Source: Bdellovibrio sp.
GTDB lineage: Bacteria; Bdellovibrionota; Bdellovibrionia; Bdellovibrionales; Bdellovibrionaceae
NCBI GenBank assembly: GCA_036677065.1
Contig: JAKFBS010000001.1
Span: 576,001 to 640,000 of the forward strand
DNA: 64,000 bases
Direction: 5' to 3'
Numbering within the stretch: position 1 is the first letter of the stretch; the number at the start of each line of letters is the position of its first letter. Position numbers and translations under genes: made by a program. This document shows positions 48,959-58,914 of this stretch, piece by piece. The notes under the pieces were generated by a model, which saw nothing but the letters and a program-made list of their open reading frames with translations, had not been told where the DNA came from and made no database searches.

Positions 48959-49288
48959 TTAGCCTCGGTCAGTCACCATTTGCTGATAACCGCCATCAAT
49001 TAGATAGACGTTTGTATAACCTTTTTTTTCTAAACTATTAGCGATGCGCTCAGATTGCTTGCCATCAGGGCATAATAACAAAAGAGCAAAGTCTTTCGGG
49101 ATCTTACGCTCATCTAATTCTTGCTGGAGCTGGCTTTCGGTGGTCATGATCTGCCAAGCTTCGACATGCATTTTTTGAATCGAAGAATACCAAGGGGCAA
49201 TATCAGTTCCAAAATTAAAGAACATAAAGGGAACGCGGTTTTCGATCAGATTATTTAATTGGTAATAGCCGATTTTATTAAAACTCAT
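48959..49288 (-). CDS. Rhodanese-like domain protein
   Basis: CPDGKQS and GYTNVYLIDGG. Confidence 0.75.
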   Translation of the reverse strand: MSFNKIGYYQLNNLIENRVPFMFFNFGTDIAPWYSSIQKMHVEAWQIMTTESQLQQELDERKIPKDFALLLLCPDGKQSERIANSLEKKGYTNVYLIDGGYQQMVTDRG

Positions 49289-50514
49289 ACGTTCGCCTTT
49301 TTTGCATGATCTGGAAGATCTTTAAAAATCATAAAAATAATCGTTAATGCAAATAGCGTGAAAGCGCCAGCCAGTAAAAATGGAGATCCTTTAAATGCGC
49401 TTTGTAGCAAAAAGCCGCCAATCGGTGGCCCAATGACTCGGCCTAACGCCGATAAACTTTGCGTTGTTCCCATAGCTAAACCTTGTTCTTCTGGGGGAAC
49501 AAGAAGAGAAACACTTCCCATAAAAGCAGGGTTGGTTAATCCATGGCCTAACGATAACAGGGTCATCGTAATACCCATAGCCGGAATACTTGGCGCAAAT
49601 GCAATTCCTGCAAGTCCTAAACCTAATAAAAGTAATCCCAGACAAAGAACTTTCTTTTCGCCCACTTTAGGTAAAAGGCGACGCACGAGAAAACCCTGCG
49701 TGAAAACAATGATTACACCGATGTAAGCAAATCCAAAACTGACTTCTTTGATGTTCCAGTTAAAAACTTCTTTCATGTAAAGCACTAAAGAAGATTCCAT
49801 TAAAGCCATCGCCAGTGTTGCTAGCGCAAAGCAGGTCATCAATGGGCCGACAGTTTTAGTTTTGAAGTAACGAGCAAGGTGAGACAATTTTTTTGCTTTT
49901 TCAGCACTGTTTTTAGCGCGTGTTTCTGGGCTGATGGATTCTTTTAAATTAAAGTAAGCAAAAATAAATGTGAACAAACACAACAGCGCTACGCCAAAAG
50001 AAGAAAACCCTGCGATAAAACCCATGTCAGTAGACATCGTTTCGGCCCAAATAGTTAAACCGCCACCGATCGCTGGTCCGAATAAAAATCCTAAACCAAA
50101 AGCTACGCCAATCACGGCCATACCCTTAGATCTATTTTCTGGAGTCGTCACATCAGAAACATAAGCCGAAGCCGTTGAAATCGATGCGCCAAAAAAGCCG
50201 GTTAAAATACGCGCGACAAAAAGCATTTCTATTGAACGTGAATACGCTAAGACCAAATAAGAAATCATTTCACCCAAAAGGCAGTACATTAAAATGGGTC
50301 TGCGGCCGTAGCGATCTGATAGTTTTCCCCAAAACGGAGCAAAAATAAATTGCATCAAAGAATAAGACGCCATCAGTAAGCCGGCAATCCAAGGGGTTGC
50401 GCCGTAGTGAACACTTAAAAGGGGAATCACTGGAATGATCATTCCAAAACCTAAAAGGTAAATGAAAACTGTGAAAAATATGACGATAAGTGGTTTTGAA
50501 TTTGGGTTGCTCAT
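49285..50514 (-). CDS. MFS transporter (TetA/DHA1-like)
   Basis: GKLSDRYGRRP motif A; about 12 TM helices. Confidence 0.9.
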   Translation of the reverse strand: MSNPNSKPLIVIFFTVFIYLLGFGMIIPVIPLLSVHYGATPWIAGLLMASYSLMQFIFAPFWGKLSDRYGRRPILMYCLLGEMISYLVLAYSRSIEMLFVARILTGFFGASISTASAYVSDVTTPENRSKGMAVIGVAFGLGFLFGPAIGGGLTIWAETMSTDMGFIAGFSSFGVALLCLFTFIFAYFNLKESISPETRAKNSAEKAKKLSHLARYFKTKTVGPLMTCFALATLAMALMESSLVLYMKEVFNWNIKEVSFGFAYIGVIIVFTQGFLVRRLLPKVGEKKVLCLGLLLLGLGLAGIAFAPSIPAMGITMTLLSLGHGLTNPAFMGSVSLLVPPEEQGLAMGTTQSLSALGRVIGPPIGGFLLQSAFKGSPFLLAGAFTLFALTIIFMIFKDLPDHAKKANV

Positions 50515-50578
50515 ATTAGCCGATCTAGACCTTTGTCTTCTGCTTTTCATATATAAACTCGGTTACACTGGTGTGGCT

Positions 50579-51781
50579 ATGAAAAAAACATCAAATACAC
50601 TGCGTTCTAAGGTTAATTTTGTCGTCCTAACGATGACACTTTTTTCAACTGCTCAAAGCTGGGCGTTTTTTGATCCCTATCAGGTGTATCGCCCGCAAAG
50701 ATTCGATTTGGCCGTAGATGCCCAATTTTATAAAACCACAGCCAATTTCGATTCAGGTGGTGAAAAAATCGACTTACCTTTTGAAAATAGCTTTCAAATT
50801 ATCGATGTGAATCCCCAATTACGCTGGGGAATGTTTCGTGACCTTGGGGTTCGTTTAGGCGCTAATATTGGCTCTTCTGAATCGGTTGATCCAATCAATA
50901 CACGTAATAATTCTACAGTAAATCGTGTGGATGTCGGGGCGGATTACCAATTATTAAATTATGAATCTTTTCAAACGATCGTCGATTTTGAATATTCTCA
51001 CCCTATGGAAAAAATCGATGTCGCCACTGATTCTTCGTTAAACAGTAACGGGGCTTCTGAAATTAAACCAACGCTGATCATGAGAATGGATTTAGGAAGT
51101 TTTTACCCGTACGCCTATTTGGGCGGAAACATTCGCAATGAAGGCTTATCAACACTATTAACTTATGGTGTTGGCGGAGAATTTCGTTTTTCAGAATTAG
51201 GGTTAGGCGCCGTTGTTGAAGGTTTTAGTTCGGTTAAGGATGATGAATTCACCAATTCGGCTTCACGCCGCGATCTGATCACGACACGCGTGAATGGTGG
51301 CAGTAAAAAGTTTTATTCAATCAATCCAAATGCATTAGCCGCAGAAGTTTTTTTAAATTTTGCCATGACAGAATGGATTAAGTTTAAAGCTTACGGCGGA
51401 GCTGATGTAACGGGATCAAATACCTCACAAGGATTTTTTGTCGGCGGTGCGCTGACATTGACTCTTGATTATGGCAATGGCAGCGATGATCTTGAAGAGC
51501 AACGCGTGATTCGTCGGTCACAGCGTCCGGCAAAGAAAGTAAAAAAACCAGTCGATAACGGTTTCAAAGAAAGCACTGATGATGGAGTAGACCAAAATTA
51601 TTTTAAATCAGTAGATCCAAGTAATGATGATTACGTGCAACCGATTGAAGAAGAGCAGCAACAACCAGCACCCCAAAATGGAACCAGCTCTAGTGTTAAC
51701 CCAAGTACACAAGGTGATTTGGATCAGCTCGGTTATCAAATCAAATTAAAGAAACTTAAAAAGAAAAAGAAAAATCAGTAA
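50579..51781 (+). CDS. Putative outer-membrane beta-barrel with acidic/basic C-terminal tail
   Basis: Signal ending SWA; amphipathic strands; tail ends KLKKLKKKKKNQ. Confidence 0.65.
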   Translation: MKKTSNTLRSKVNFVVLTMTLFSTAQSWAFFDPYQVYRPQRFDLAVDAQFYKTTANFDSGGEKIDLPFENSFQIIDVNPQLRWGMFRDLGVRLGANIGSSESVDPINTRNNSTVNRVDVGADYQLLNYESFQTIVDFEYSHPMEKIDVATDSSLNSNGASEIKPTLIMRMDLGSFYPYAYLGGNIRNEGLSTLLTYGVGGEFRFSELGLGAVVEGFSSVKDDEFTNSASRRDLITTRVNGGSKKFYSINPNALAAEVFLNFAMTEWIKFKAYGGADVTGSNTSQGFFVGGALTLTLDYGNGSDDLEEQRVIRRSQRPAKKVKKPVDNGFKESTDDGVDQNYFKSVDPSNDDYVQPIEEEQQQPAPQNGTSSSVNPSTQGDLDQLGYQIKLKKLKKKKKNQ

Positions 51782-51898
51782 GGCGCTTCGTGGCTATTTG
51801 CCACAGTAGCCTTTCTTATTACAATCATAACAAAATAAATAATGACAAGTTTTGTAAGCCTTGATAGCTTGTCTCTATTCTATTGAAAGGAGAATCAC

Positions 51899-51982
51899 AT
51901 GATTACAAATATTAATACGCACGCCTTAGAGCAAACATTAGCCGTCGAAATGTCCGATTCTCCTATGGCACATCAATTCTAG
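51899..51982 (+). CDS. 27-aa candidate leader/small peptide (not in ORF track)
   Basis: SD AAAGGAGA; MITNINTHALEQTLAVEMSDSPMAHQF*. Confidence 0.55.
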   Translation: MITNINTHALEQTLAVEMSDSPMAHQF

Positions 51983-52165
51983 CAATCTAGTTAGAATCAA
52001 AAAGAGAATCCAAACAAAATTAAAGAATGAATCGCGACTGGCCGTCCGCGATAATTAACATTATCGTCAAAGCTCGTTGTGGGTTTTTTCATTCTAAAAT
52101 TTCAAAAAACAGATCAATTATTTTTATTTAACCGCACTCGGAAACGAGCGCAAAAAGGATATTTT

Positions 52166-52417
52166 ATGAAAAACGCTAAAAATTATTTAGCATTATACGA
52201 AAATTGGGAAAATTCAAACGCGGAGGAGCTTTGGCGCCTTTGGAAAAGCGTTCTGAAGTGTATTAGCCTGATCGCTTACTCATTTCACGCCATCGTGAAA
52301 CTAGCGATCGGGTTTTTATTAAATTCTAATTATTTAGTTAAGCACAACGAATTCGGAAAACTACCAGAAGAAATTTCTGGTAGTTTTTCTAACAATCAGA
52401 ACTGGTATCGTAATTAA
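52166..52417 (+). CDS. 83-aa hypothetical protein
   Basis: SD AAAGGA before ATG 52166; one hydrophobic segment. Confidence 0.65.
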   Translation: MKNAKNYLALYENWENSNAEELWRLWKSVLKCISLIAYSFHAIVKLAIGFLLNSNYLVKHNEFGKLPEEISGSFSNNQNWYRN

Positions 52418-52438
52418 TGCCAGTTCTTTATCTACACT

Positions 52439-53041
52439 TTACAAGTCTTGAGTTTTTAGGCCATTGTTTGGATTTACACCCTTAGAATGAATATCAGTTA
52501 CGCCATTGGTATGAATATCAAAAAGAGTTTTAATCAGATCTGAATATTCTTCAGTCGTTTCTGCATAACGAGTTGTTGGATTGCCTGGTGACCATGAATT
52601 AATAGTTCCAACAGGTTCTTTGTTTTGTTTTAAGTCAGCCATTGAGTTATATAAATGTAAAATTGGAGTGTCGCAATAATTTGGAGATTTTTCAAAACGT
52701 TGAAAAATCTTACAGTAGCCAAGTTTGGCGTAAAAAATTCTTCCTGGTTTAAGAATGCCCGCTGTTTTAGGTGGAGCTTTCATTTGAAAGTAGCCAGCAA
52801 ATTTAGAGCCCTTATATTGAACTTCCTCTTTTGCATAAACGAGCGCAAGATTCTGAATAGGAGCTTCGTTATCAAATCCAGTAATAGCCGAATTGACTCT
52901 AAGTTGAAGAACGCGATCGTAATTCGCTACACTTCTTTCAACATTTGTTTTTACAGGTTGTGCTGCTGATTGAGTGACCATTGGTTGATGTGCGCATGAA
53001 AATGCAAACACAGCGAATAAAGCAGATAATAAAAGTTTCAT
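52439..53041 (-). CDS. Hypothetical lipoprotein
   Basis: GGAG SD; lipobox AFSC. Confidence 0.7.
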   Translation of the reverse strand: MKLLLSALFAVFAFSCAHQPMVTQSAAQPVKTNVERSVANYDRVLQLRVNSAITGFDNEAPIQNLALVYAKEEVQYKGSKFAGYFQMKAPPKTAGILKPGRIFYAKLGYCKIFQRFEKSPNYCDTPILHLYNSMADLKQNKEPVGTINSWSPGNPTTRYAETTEEYSDLIKTLFDIHTNGVTDIHSKGVNPNNGLKTQDL

Positions 53042-53232
53042 AAATTTTTCTCCGTTATACATCTTAGCGTTTAGCGCGAAAGACACATAGTCCAGATTAG
53101 GCAATGCCTAGAACAATGTCAGAGTTATAGATGAGCCCCCGAGGGGGCTTTCCTAAGATTGTGTTGTCGTACATGTTGTAAATCGTCTTGGGAGGGGCGA
53201 TTTGGTTTTAGATTTTTTATTTTTTGTAAGAA

Positions 53233-53718
53233 CTATTCAAGATCTATGTTTTGCATGCGCATTTTCGGCATGTAGGTTTCAGCTTGTTCTAATAATGACA
53301 AGTGGGCCTGAGCCATGGCTTTAAGATTGGCTTCGAATTGCATTCTTGATTTTTTAAGATCAGAAATTTCAGTATAAATTTTACGTAAAGAGTCTTTTGC
53401 ATCGCGCGTGATTGTTTCTGCCTTTTGTTGGGCGTCAGCAATAACTAATTTGCATTCGTGTTCTGCTTCTTGTTTCATTTGATCTGATAACTTAGTTGCT
53501 TGTGTGATAGCGCTGCGTAAGACATTATCGCGATCACGAAATTCGTGAAGCTGTAATTCTTTTTCTTTAAGTTCTGCAGTTAGTGTTTGAATTTGTTGTG
53601 CAAGATTTTCAGTTTGCGCAGCAATAATCGTTAAAAAATTCACAACTTGTTCAGGATCAAAGCCCATCATCTTGCGATCAAAGGTCTTATTGATAATCTC
53701 AGTTGGGTAAAATTTCAT
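53233..53718 (-). CDS. divIVA: DivIVA-domain coiled-coil protein
   Basis: P.EI.NKTF.RK..GFD..QV..FL followed by coiled coil. Confidence 0.9.
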   Translation of the reverse strand: MKFYPTEIINKTFDRKMMGFDPEQVVNFLTIIAAQTENLAQQIQTLTAELKEKELQLHEFRDRDNVLRSAITQATKLSDQMKQEAEHECKLVIADAQQKAETITRDAKDSLRKIYTEISDLKKSRMQFEANLKAMAQAHLSLLEQAETYMPKMRMQNIDLE

Positions 53719-53870
53719 TTAATTCCTCCATGAATCAAATTACGAACCCGTTGGTCTCTATTTAAGTATAGGCAATCCTTGCCCTAAAAAAAAGTCGAGT
53801 CCAAGGATGTGGTCATATCCTGTACCTTAGGAGGAGGACCTAAAGTCGTGCTGAATTGTGTCGTTTAAAC

Positions 53871-54716
53871 TTAGCTTAGACCTAAGTCTGTCTGGCGAGA
53901 GATTTCGCGTGAGCGAAGGGCTGCTTTTTCAAAGCTGATGCGTAAAGCGCGTTCGATCTCTAATTCGCGCATCGAATTTAAACCAGCGGCTGTAACCCCT
54001 TTTTTAGAAGTCACACGTTGTTGTAATTCTTCGATATCAACACCTGAAGATTGAGCAGCTAATAAAGATGCGCCGACAAAAGTTTCAATCGTCATCACTT
54101 TAGCCTGTTCAGGGGTAAAGCCATGTTCAATGATCCAATCTTGCCAGTACATCATCATTTCAAAAACAAAGCCTGTACCGCTTGAACAAGAAATCATTAA
54201 AGCATCAAATTGGTCTTCAGTGTCTAATTCTAATATTACGCCTAAGCCGGAAAACAGATCTTTCGTGATTTCAATAACCGCGACATCTTTTTTATGCGCC
54301 AGTAATCCTAAAACACCGCGACCAATTAATGATGGTGTGTTTGGCATAAGGCGAACTAGGCGGCCTTGCGGAATTAATTTTTCCAACGAGTGCATTGGGA
54401 TGCCCGCAGCTAATGAGATGATGATTTGATTTTCATCAAAAGCTGAAACTAAATTTGCCATCGCTGCAGGTAAGTCTTGCGGTTTCATTGCTAAAATTAC
54501 GATGTCGCACTCTTCAACGATTTGTTCGTTATGTTCGCGAATTTCGATTTGATATAATTCTTTAAGCTTAAGGGGTTTACCCGGAGTGCGGTTCGAGACA
54601 AAAATTTGATCCGGTCTCATGAGTTTTGACTCAATGATTCCTTTAATTAGGGCCTGAGCCATGTGTCCTGCGCCGATGAAACCAATTTTGTAAGACCGAA
54701 GTAAAGGATGAGTCAT
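53871..54716 (-). CDS. proC: Pyrroline-5-carboxylate reductase
   Basis: IGFIGAGHM, KPQ, RLMPNTP and VTSKKGVT. Confidence 0.93.
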   Translation of the reverse strand: MTHPLLRSYKIGFIGAGHMAQALIKGIIESKLMRPDQIFVSNRTPGKPLKLKELYQIEIREHNEQIVEECDIVILAMKPQDLPAAMANLVSAFDENQIIISLAAGIPMHSLEKLIPQGRLVRLMPNTPSLIGRGVLGLLAHKKDVAVIEITKDLFSGLGVILELDTEDQFDALMISCSSGTGFVFEMMMYWQDWIIEHGFTPEQAKVMTIETFVGASLLAAQSSGVDIEELQQRVTSKKGVTAAGLNSMRELEIERALRISFEKAALRSREISRQTDLGLS

Positions 54717-54726
54717 ACTCGTTAGG

Positions 54727-55947
54727 CTACTGTATTTTTTGTCTTTCGCCAAATAAAACCGTGCCGATTCTGATCCATGTCGCACCTTCTTTGAGGGCGA
54801 CTTGATAATCATGGCTTGTTCCCATTGAAAGTTCTTTAATTTGTAAGCGGTCAGCCAAGTTTTTTAATTTTTTAAAATGAATTTGATTGTCTGCAGCGTC
54901 GTTTTGCAACGGCGGCATGGTCATTAATCCTACGATCTTAACATTTGAAAGCCGAGTCAGATTTTCCCATGCGGCAATAACGCTGGCTTCGTCAAAACCC
55001 GCCTTAGTAGCCTCGTTCGCAAGGTTGACCTGAATAAAAATCTTTTGCACATGGTTGATTTCTGAAGCCTTTTTTGAAACTAATTCGGCTAGTTCCAAAG
55101 AATCGATGGCATGTAAATAGGCAAAATTATTTTTTAAATATTTTACTTTGTTTTTTTGGATCGGGCCGATCAAATGCCACTCTAAATTTAAATCTTTTAA
55201 GGCTTCGATTTTTTCTAAAGCTTCTTGAATATAGTTTTCACCGAAAGCGCGCTGACCTTGGCTGGCTAAATCGCGAATTTTTTCGATCGGCTGAAGTTTG
55301 CTGACCGCCAGTAAATTCTGACCAGCAGAAAGCTGAGCTTTGATTTGCGCCAAAGGTGATTTTTCAAAAGTCCAATTTTTACCAGCAAATAATTTTTCTA
55401 AAGCTGTCAAAGGCAAGCCCACAACGTTGTTGTAGTCTCCCACAAACTTTTCCACAAATTTTCCGCCTAAACCTTGGATGGCGTAAGAGCCCGCTTTATC
55501 CATCGGTTCGCCGGTTTTGATGTAATCCCAGATGTCTTGATCAGCTAAATTTTTAAAATAAACCTGCGATGTCTCAATATGAGAAATAATATGACCATTA
55601 CTTTGGTCCAGAAGAATGATTGCGGTTTTTACTTCATGCATTTTGCCTGAAAGTTTTTTCAAAGTATTAAACGCATCCTGTTCGTTTTCAGGTTTTCCGA
55701 TCGCTAAATTTCCTAAACAAACCATCGTGTCTGAAGCCAAAATAATACCGCCTGGATTTTTGTCAGGACATTGGTCCAGACAGGCCAGAGCTTTTCTTTT
55801 TGCGATGTCGATTATTTGCTCGTCTAAGCTTAGGTTTTCATTCGGGATTTCCGATATAAAGACTGGGAATGAGACAAAATAATATCCGGCTTTTTTTAGA
55901 ATTTCAGCGCGGCGTGGAGATTGCGAAGCAAGGACAATTTTTTTCAT
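54727..55947 (-). CDS. Maf (NTP pyrophosphatase) - YggS (PLP-binding protein) fusion
   Basis: N-half LASQSPRR, DT, KP, DKAGSY, VVGLP; C-half AVSK, FGENY, WHLIG, GLMTMPP, LSMGTS.D, RIGT.LFG. Confidence 0.9.
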   Translation of the reverse strand: MKKIVLASQSPRRAEILKKAGYYFVSFPVFISEIPNENLSLDEQIIDIAKRKALACLDQCPDKNPGGIILASDTMVCLGNLAIGKPENEQDAFNTLKKLSGKMHEVKTAIILLDQSNGHIISHIETSQVYFKNLADQDIWDYIKTGEPMDKAGSYAIQGLGGKFVEKFVGDYNNVVGLPLTALEKLFAGKNWTFEKSPLAQIKAQLSAGQNLLAVSKLQPIEKIRDLASQGQRAFGENYIQEALEKIEALKDLNLEWHLIGPIQKNKVKYLKNNFAYLHAIDSLELAELVSKKASEINHVQKIFIQVNLANEATKAGFDEASVIAAWENLTRLSNVKIVGLMTMPPLQNDAADNQIHFKKLKNLADRLQIKELSMGTSHDYQVALKEGATWIRIGTVLFGERQKIQ

Positions 55948-55977
55948 TCAAATTAAATTTAAACCAAAAGAGGATCT

Positions 55978-56883
55978 ATGGGTAGTGCTGAACTCATGTT
56001 ATTTACCGGGCTCATCTTAGCGGGTGTGTCGGTTTATCTTTTCATGACTTCCATTTTGGCGGGTAAACCCGGCGAAGCTCAATTGCAATGGGCGAGCGGC
56101 ACTGAACCAGTTAAATCTAAAAATGGAATCATCAATCTTTGTCGCCCGATGGTGCATCAGTTCACTCTGCAGCATGCGGCTAAATTTAAATCAGAACAAT
56201 ATCGTAAAAAAATTCGTCATCTGATTAAAACGGGCGGCATGTCGTCAGAGATGAACGAAGATGAATTTATCGGTTACCAATTGTTTTTAGGAATCGCGTT
56301 TCCAGTGTTTATTAACATCATGAATTTTTCTTTGGATCTTGGTTTTTCGCCATTGATTCTTTGTATGCTTGGAGTGGTTGGCTGGTTTATGCCACAAATG
56401 CATTGTAAGGCGCAAAAAAGTGCCAGAGCCCTAAGTGTTCAGGCAGATATGCCATTTTTTATCGATCTACTTGCCTTATCAGTTGAAGCCGGTCTTGATT
56501 TTTTCGGAGCGATCCAAAAAATCGTGGATAAAGTTGCTGATCCAAATTCAGTTCTGGCTGATGAATTAAAAACCGTTTTGAAAGATATCAAAGTCGGTTC
56601 GTCAAAAACAGATGCATTAAAAGAAATGGCAGCCCGTTTAGACATGCCCGAGATCACAAGTTTCGTGGCGGTGTTAATCGATGCGGAAGCAACAGGTGCA
56701 AGTATCGCGCAAGTGTTAAAAGATCAATCGGTGCAAATGCGTTTAGAACGGTTTGTGCGTGCAGAAAAAGCCGGGGCGCGAGCTTCGCAATTAATTTTAT
56801 TACCATTAATGGGATTTATTTTACCAGCGGTATTTATCATGGTGTTTGGCCCAGTGGTATTAGGATTTGTTTACGGAAAATAG
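55978..56883 (+). CDS. tadC: TadC-like type II secretion system F protein
   Basis: DLLALSVEAGL, ALKEMA.R, AEKAG and LPL...ILPA.F....GP. Confidence 0.85.
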   Translation: MGSAELMLFTGLILAGVSVYLFMTSILAGKPGEAQLQWASGTEPVKSKNGIINLCRPMVHQFTLQHAAKFKSEQYRKKIRHLIKTGGMSSEMNEDEFIGYQLFLGIAFPVFINIMNFSLDLGFSPLILCMLGVVGWFMPQMHCKAQKSARALSVQADMPFFIDLLALSVEAGLDFFGAIQKIVDKVADPNSVLADELKTVLKDIKVGSSKTDALKEMAARLDMPEITSFVAVLIDAEATGASIAQVLKDQSVQMRLERFVRAEKAGARASQLILLPLMGFILPAVFIMVFGPVVLGFVYGK

Positions 56884-56895
56884 GAAATAGGGATT

Positions 56896-57252
56896 ATGGC
56901 GAAACTTTATAAAATACAACACGGTGATAAAGCCGAGCTTCTGATTGAAAATCTAGAGCTGGCCGAATCATTTTTTGCCCGTGGTAAAGGTTTGCTTGGC
57001 AGAAAATCTTTAGCGATTAATAACGCGCTTTGGATCAAACCCTGCAACAACATTCATACCTGCTTTATGAATTTTTCTATTGATTGTATTTTCGTAAATA
57101 AAAAAATGGAAATTGAAAAAATCGTTTCAGGTGTAAAGCCCTATAAGATTGTTGGTCCATATTGGAAATCGGCTTCAGTTTTTGAAACTGCAGCAGGATG
57201 CGCGCAAAAATGGAACCTTCAGGTAGGAGATCAGTTATATGTGGTCAGTTAG
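56896..57252 (+). CDS. DUF192-family protein
   Basis: A.SFF.R.KGLLG and IHT.FM.F.ID.IF. Confidence 0.85.
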   Translation: MAKLYKIQHGDKAELLIENLELAESFFARGKGLLGRKSLAINNALWIKPCNNIHTCFMNFSIDCIFVNKKMEIEKIVSGVKPYKIVGPYWKSASVFETAAGCAQKWNLQVGDQLYVVS

Positions 57253-58906
57253 AGTATTGTCCGGTCCACAAACCGGACAGATCTTTGATTTAAAAATGGG
57301 TAAAAACCTGCTAGGTCGGGGAATGAACTGTGATTTTAAAATCACCTCGGGTGGTATTTCTAAAGACCACTGCGAAATTCACGTTTATAAAGATAAAGTG
57401 ATCGTGGTTGATTTAAAATCAAGTAACGGAACCTTCGTAAATGGTGTAAAAATTCAAAATTCGATTATTAAACTGGGTGATAAAGTCAGCGTGTTCGATG
57501 TGATTATGGATGTGATTCCGTCTCCGGATATTCGTCCAAAACCAACAGCAGCACCTCGTCCGGTCGCATTGCGTCCGCGACCAGCACCGCAACCACAACG
57601 CCAAATGCCTCCACAAATGTACAACCAGCAACCTCCGGCATATCCAATGCAAGGCGGAGCTGCGATGCAAGCGCAAATGTATCAACAACCACTGAATGGA
57701 GTTCCGCCACAACAAAATAATTTTGGTGCGGCTATAGAAATGCCAAAAACTTTTGGCGAGCGCATTGATGAGTACATGGAAAATGTAGTGATGCCGGTAT
57801 TTTATAAAATGTCGGTGGTGTTTCCATTTAAACAAGTTTTATTAGGAATGATGATTCTATTTGTCGTGTTCGTGACGATAGCTTCGATGTTTCCGTTAAC
57901 GACAATTTTACGCGAATCTAATTTTAATGAAGCCGCAAAACGAGCAAAAAGTGTGGCGCGTGCGATGGCACGTATTAATGAACAGGCTTTATTATCCGGA
58001 CAAATTAATAACCTAAATGTGAGCGAAGCATTAAAAGAAGATGGCATTAAAGAAGCTATCATTATTATGCAATCAGATGGTTCGGTGGTTGCTCCGACTG
58101 AAAAAGTCGGTCGTGATATGTCGAAATCTTTTGTGATTCAAGCACGTAAAGAACCGCGTGCTCATGCTGCCCCTGTTGATGACAATACCATTGGTGCAAG
58201 TCATCCGATTGCAGCTTATGATCCATTATCAGGTGAAACTACTGTTAAATATGTAGCGATTGTCTTTTATGATATCAGCTCATTAAATGTGGACGATGGC
58301 CGTGTGATCAGTTTATTTATGCAAACGCTAGTGATCTCGGCGTTATTTGGCATTGGATTATATTTATTGTTCTCGCGTTTAATCGAATTTCCAATTCGTC
58401 AGTTGAACAAACAAATTGATACGGCCTTACGTGAAAAGTCAGATCGCACAGAAGTGGCTTTTGATTACCCTGAATTACAAAAAGCTGTGGCCAACGTAAA
58501 CCTGCTTTTAAATCGTATGTGGAATGGTTTGAGTGATTCTGAAACTATTAAACCAAGTCAAAATCGCGATGTCGAATTTTCACAAATGGTGAATATGTTA
58601 ACTCAGCCTGCAGCAGTCATTTCTGCAAATGGGTCAATTACTTCGTGTAATCATCAATTTGCAACTTTGGTGCAAACTGTACCTGAAGCTTTAATAGCGC
58701 AAAGTTATATGACAATTACCGATCAAGCGATGGTACAGAATTTAGAAAGTTTAATGAGCCGAGCGCGCGAATTAGTTTATGAAACGCATCGAGATAAAAT
58801 TCCGTTTTCTCAGTTTGAGTGTGAAATATTCTTGCAGGCGTTTTTAGACAGTGCCGGCGCACCAGAATACTTTTTTGTAAGTTTAACCAAGGTGAATGAG
58901 GAGTAA
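57239..58906 (+). CDS. FHA-domain inner-membrane protein (FHA, Pro/Gln linker, 2 TM, HAMP/PAS-like C-terminus)
   Basis: GR, S..H and SSNGTFVNG FHA motifs. Confidence 0.85.
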   Translation: MWSVRVLSGPQTGQIFDLKMGKNLLGRGMNCDFKITSGGISKDHCEIHVYKDKVIVVDLKSSNGTFVNGVKIQNSIIKLGDKVSVFDVIMDVIPSPDIRPKPTAAPRPVALRPRPAPQPQRQMPPQMYNQQPPAYPMQGGAAMQAQMYQQPLNGVPPQQNNFGAAIEMPKTFGERIDEYMENVVMPVFYKMSVVFPFKQVLLGMMILFVVFVTIASMFPLTTILRESNFNEAAKRAKSVARAMARINEQALLSGQINNLNVSEALKEDGIKEAIIIMQSDGSVVAPTEKVGRDMSKSFVIQARKEPRAHAAPVDDNTIGASHPIAAYDPLSGETTVKYVAIVFYDISSLNVDDGRVISLFMQTLVISALFGIGLYLLFSRLIEFPIRQLNKQIDTALREKSDRTEVAFDYPELQKAVANVNLLLNRMWNGLSDSETIKPSQNRDVEFSQMVNMLTQPAAVISANGSITSCNHQFATLVQTVPEALIAQSYMTITDQAMVQNLESLMSRARELVYETHRDKIPFSQFECEIFLQAFLDSAGAPEYFFVSLTKVNEE

Positions 58907-58914
58907 AGCACTAG

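Noticed and set aside
52125..52160. c-di-GMP-I riboswitch-like GAAA hairpin followed by CGCAAA
   Set aside because: The upstream GGCAAA-type motif, P1 and P3 are not recognisable
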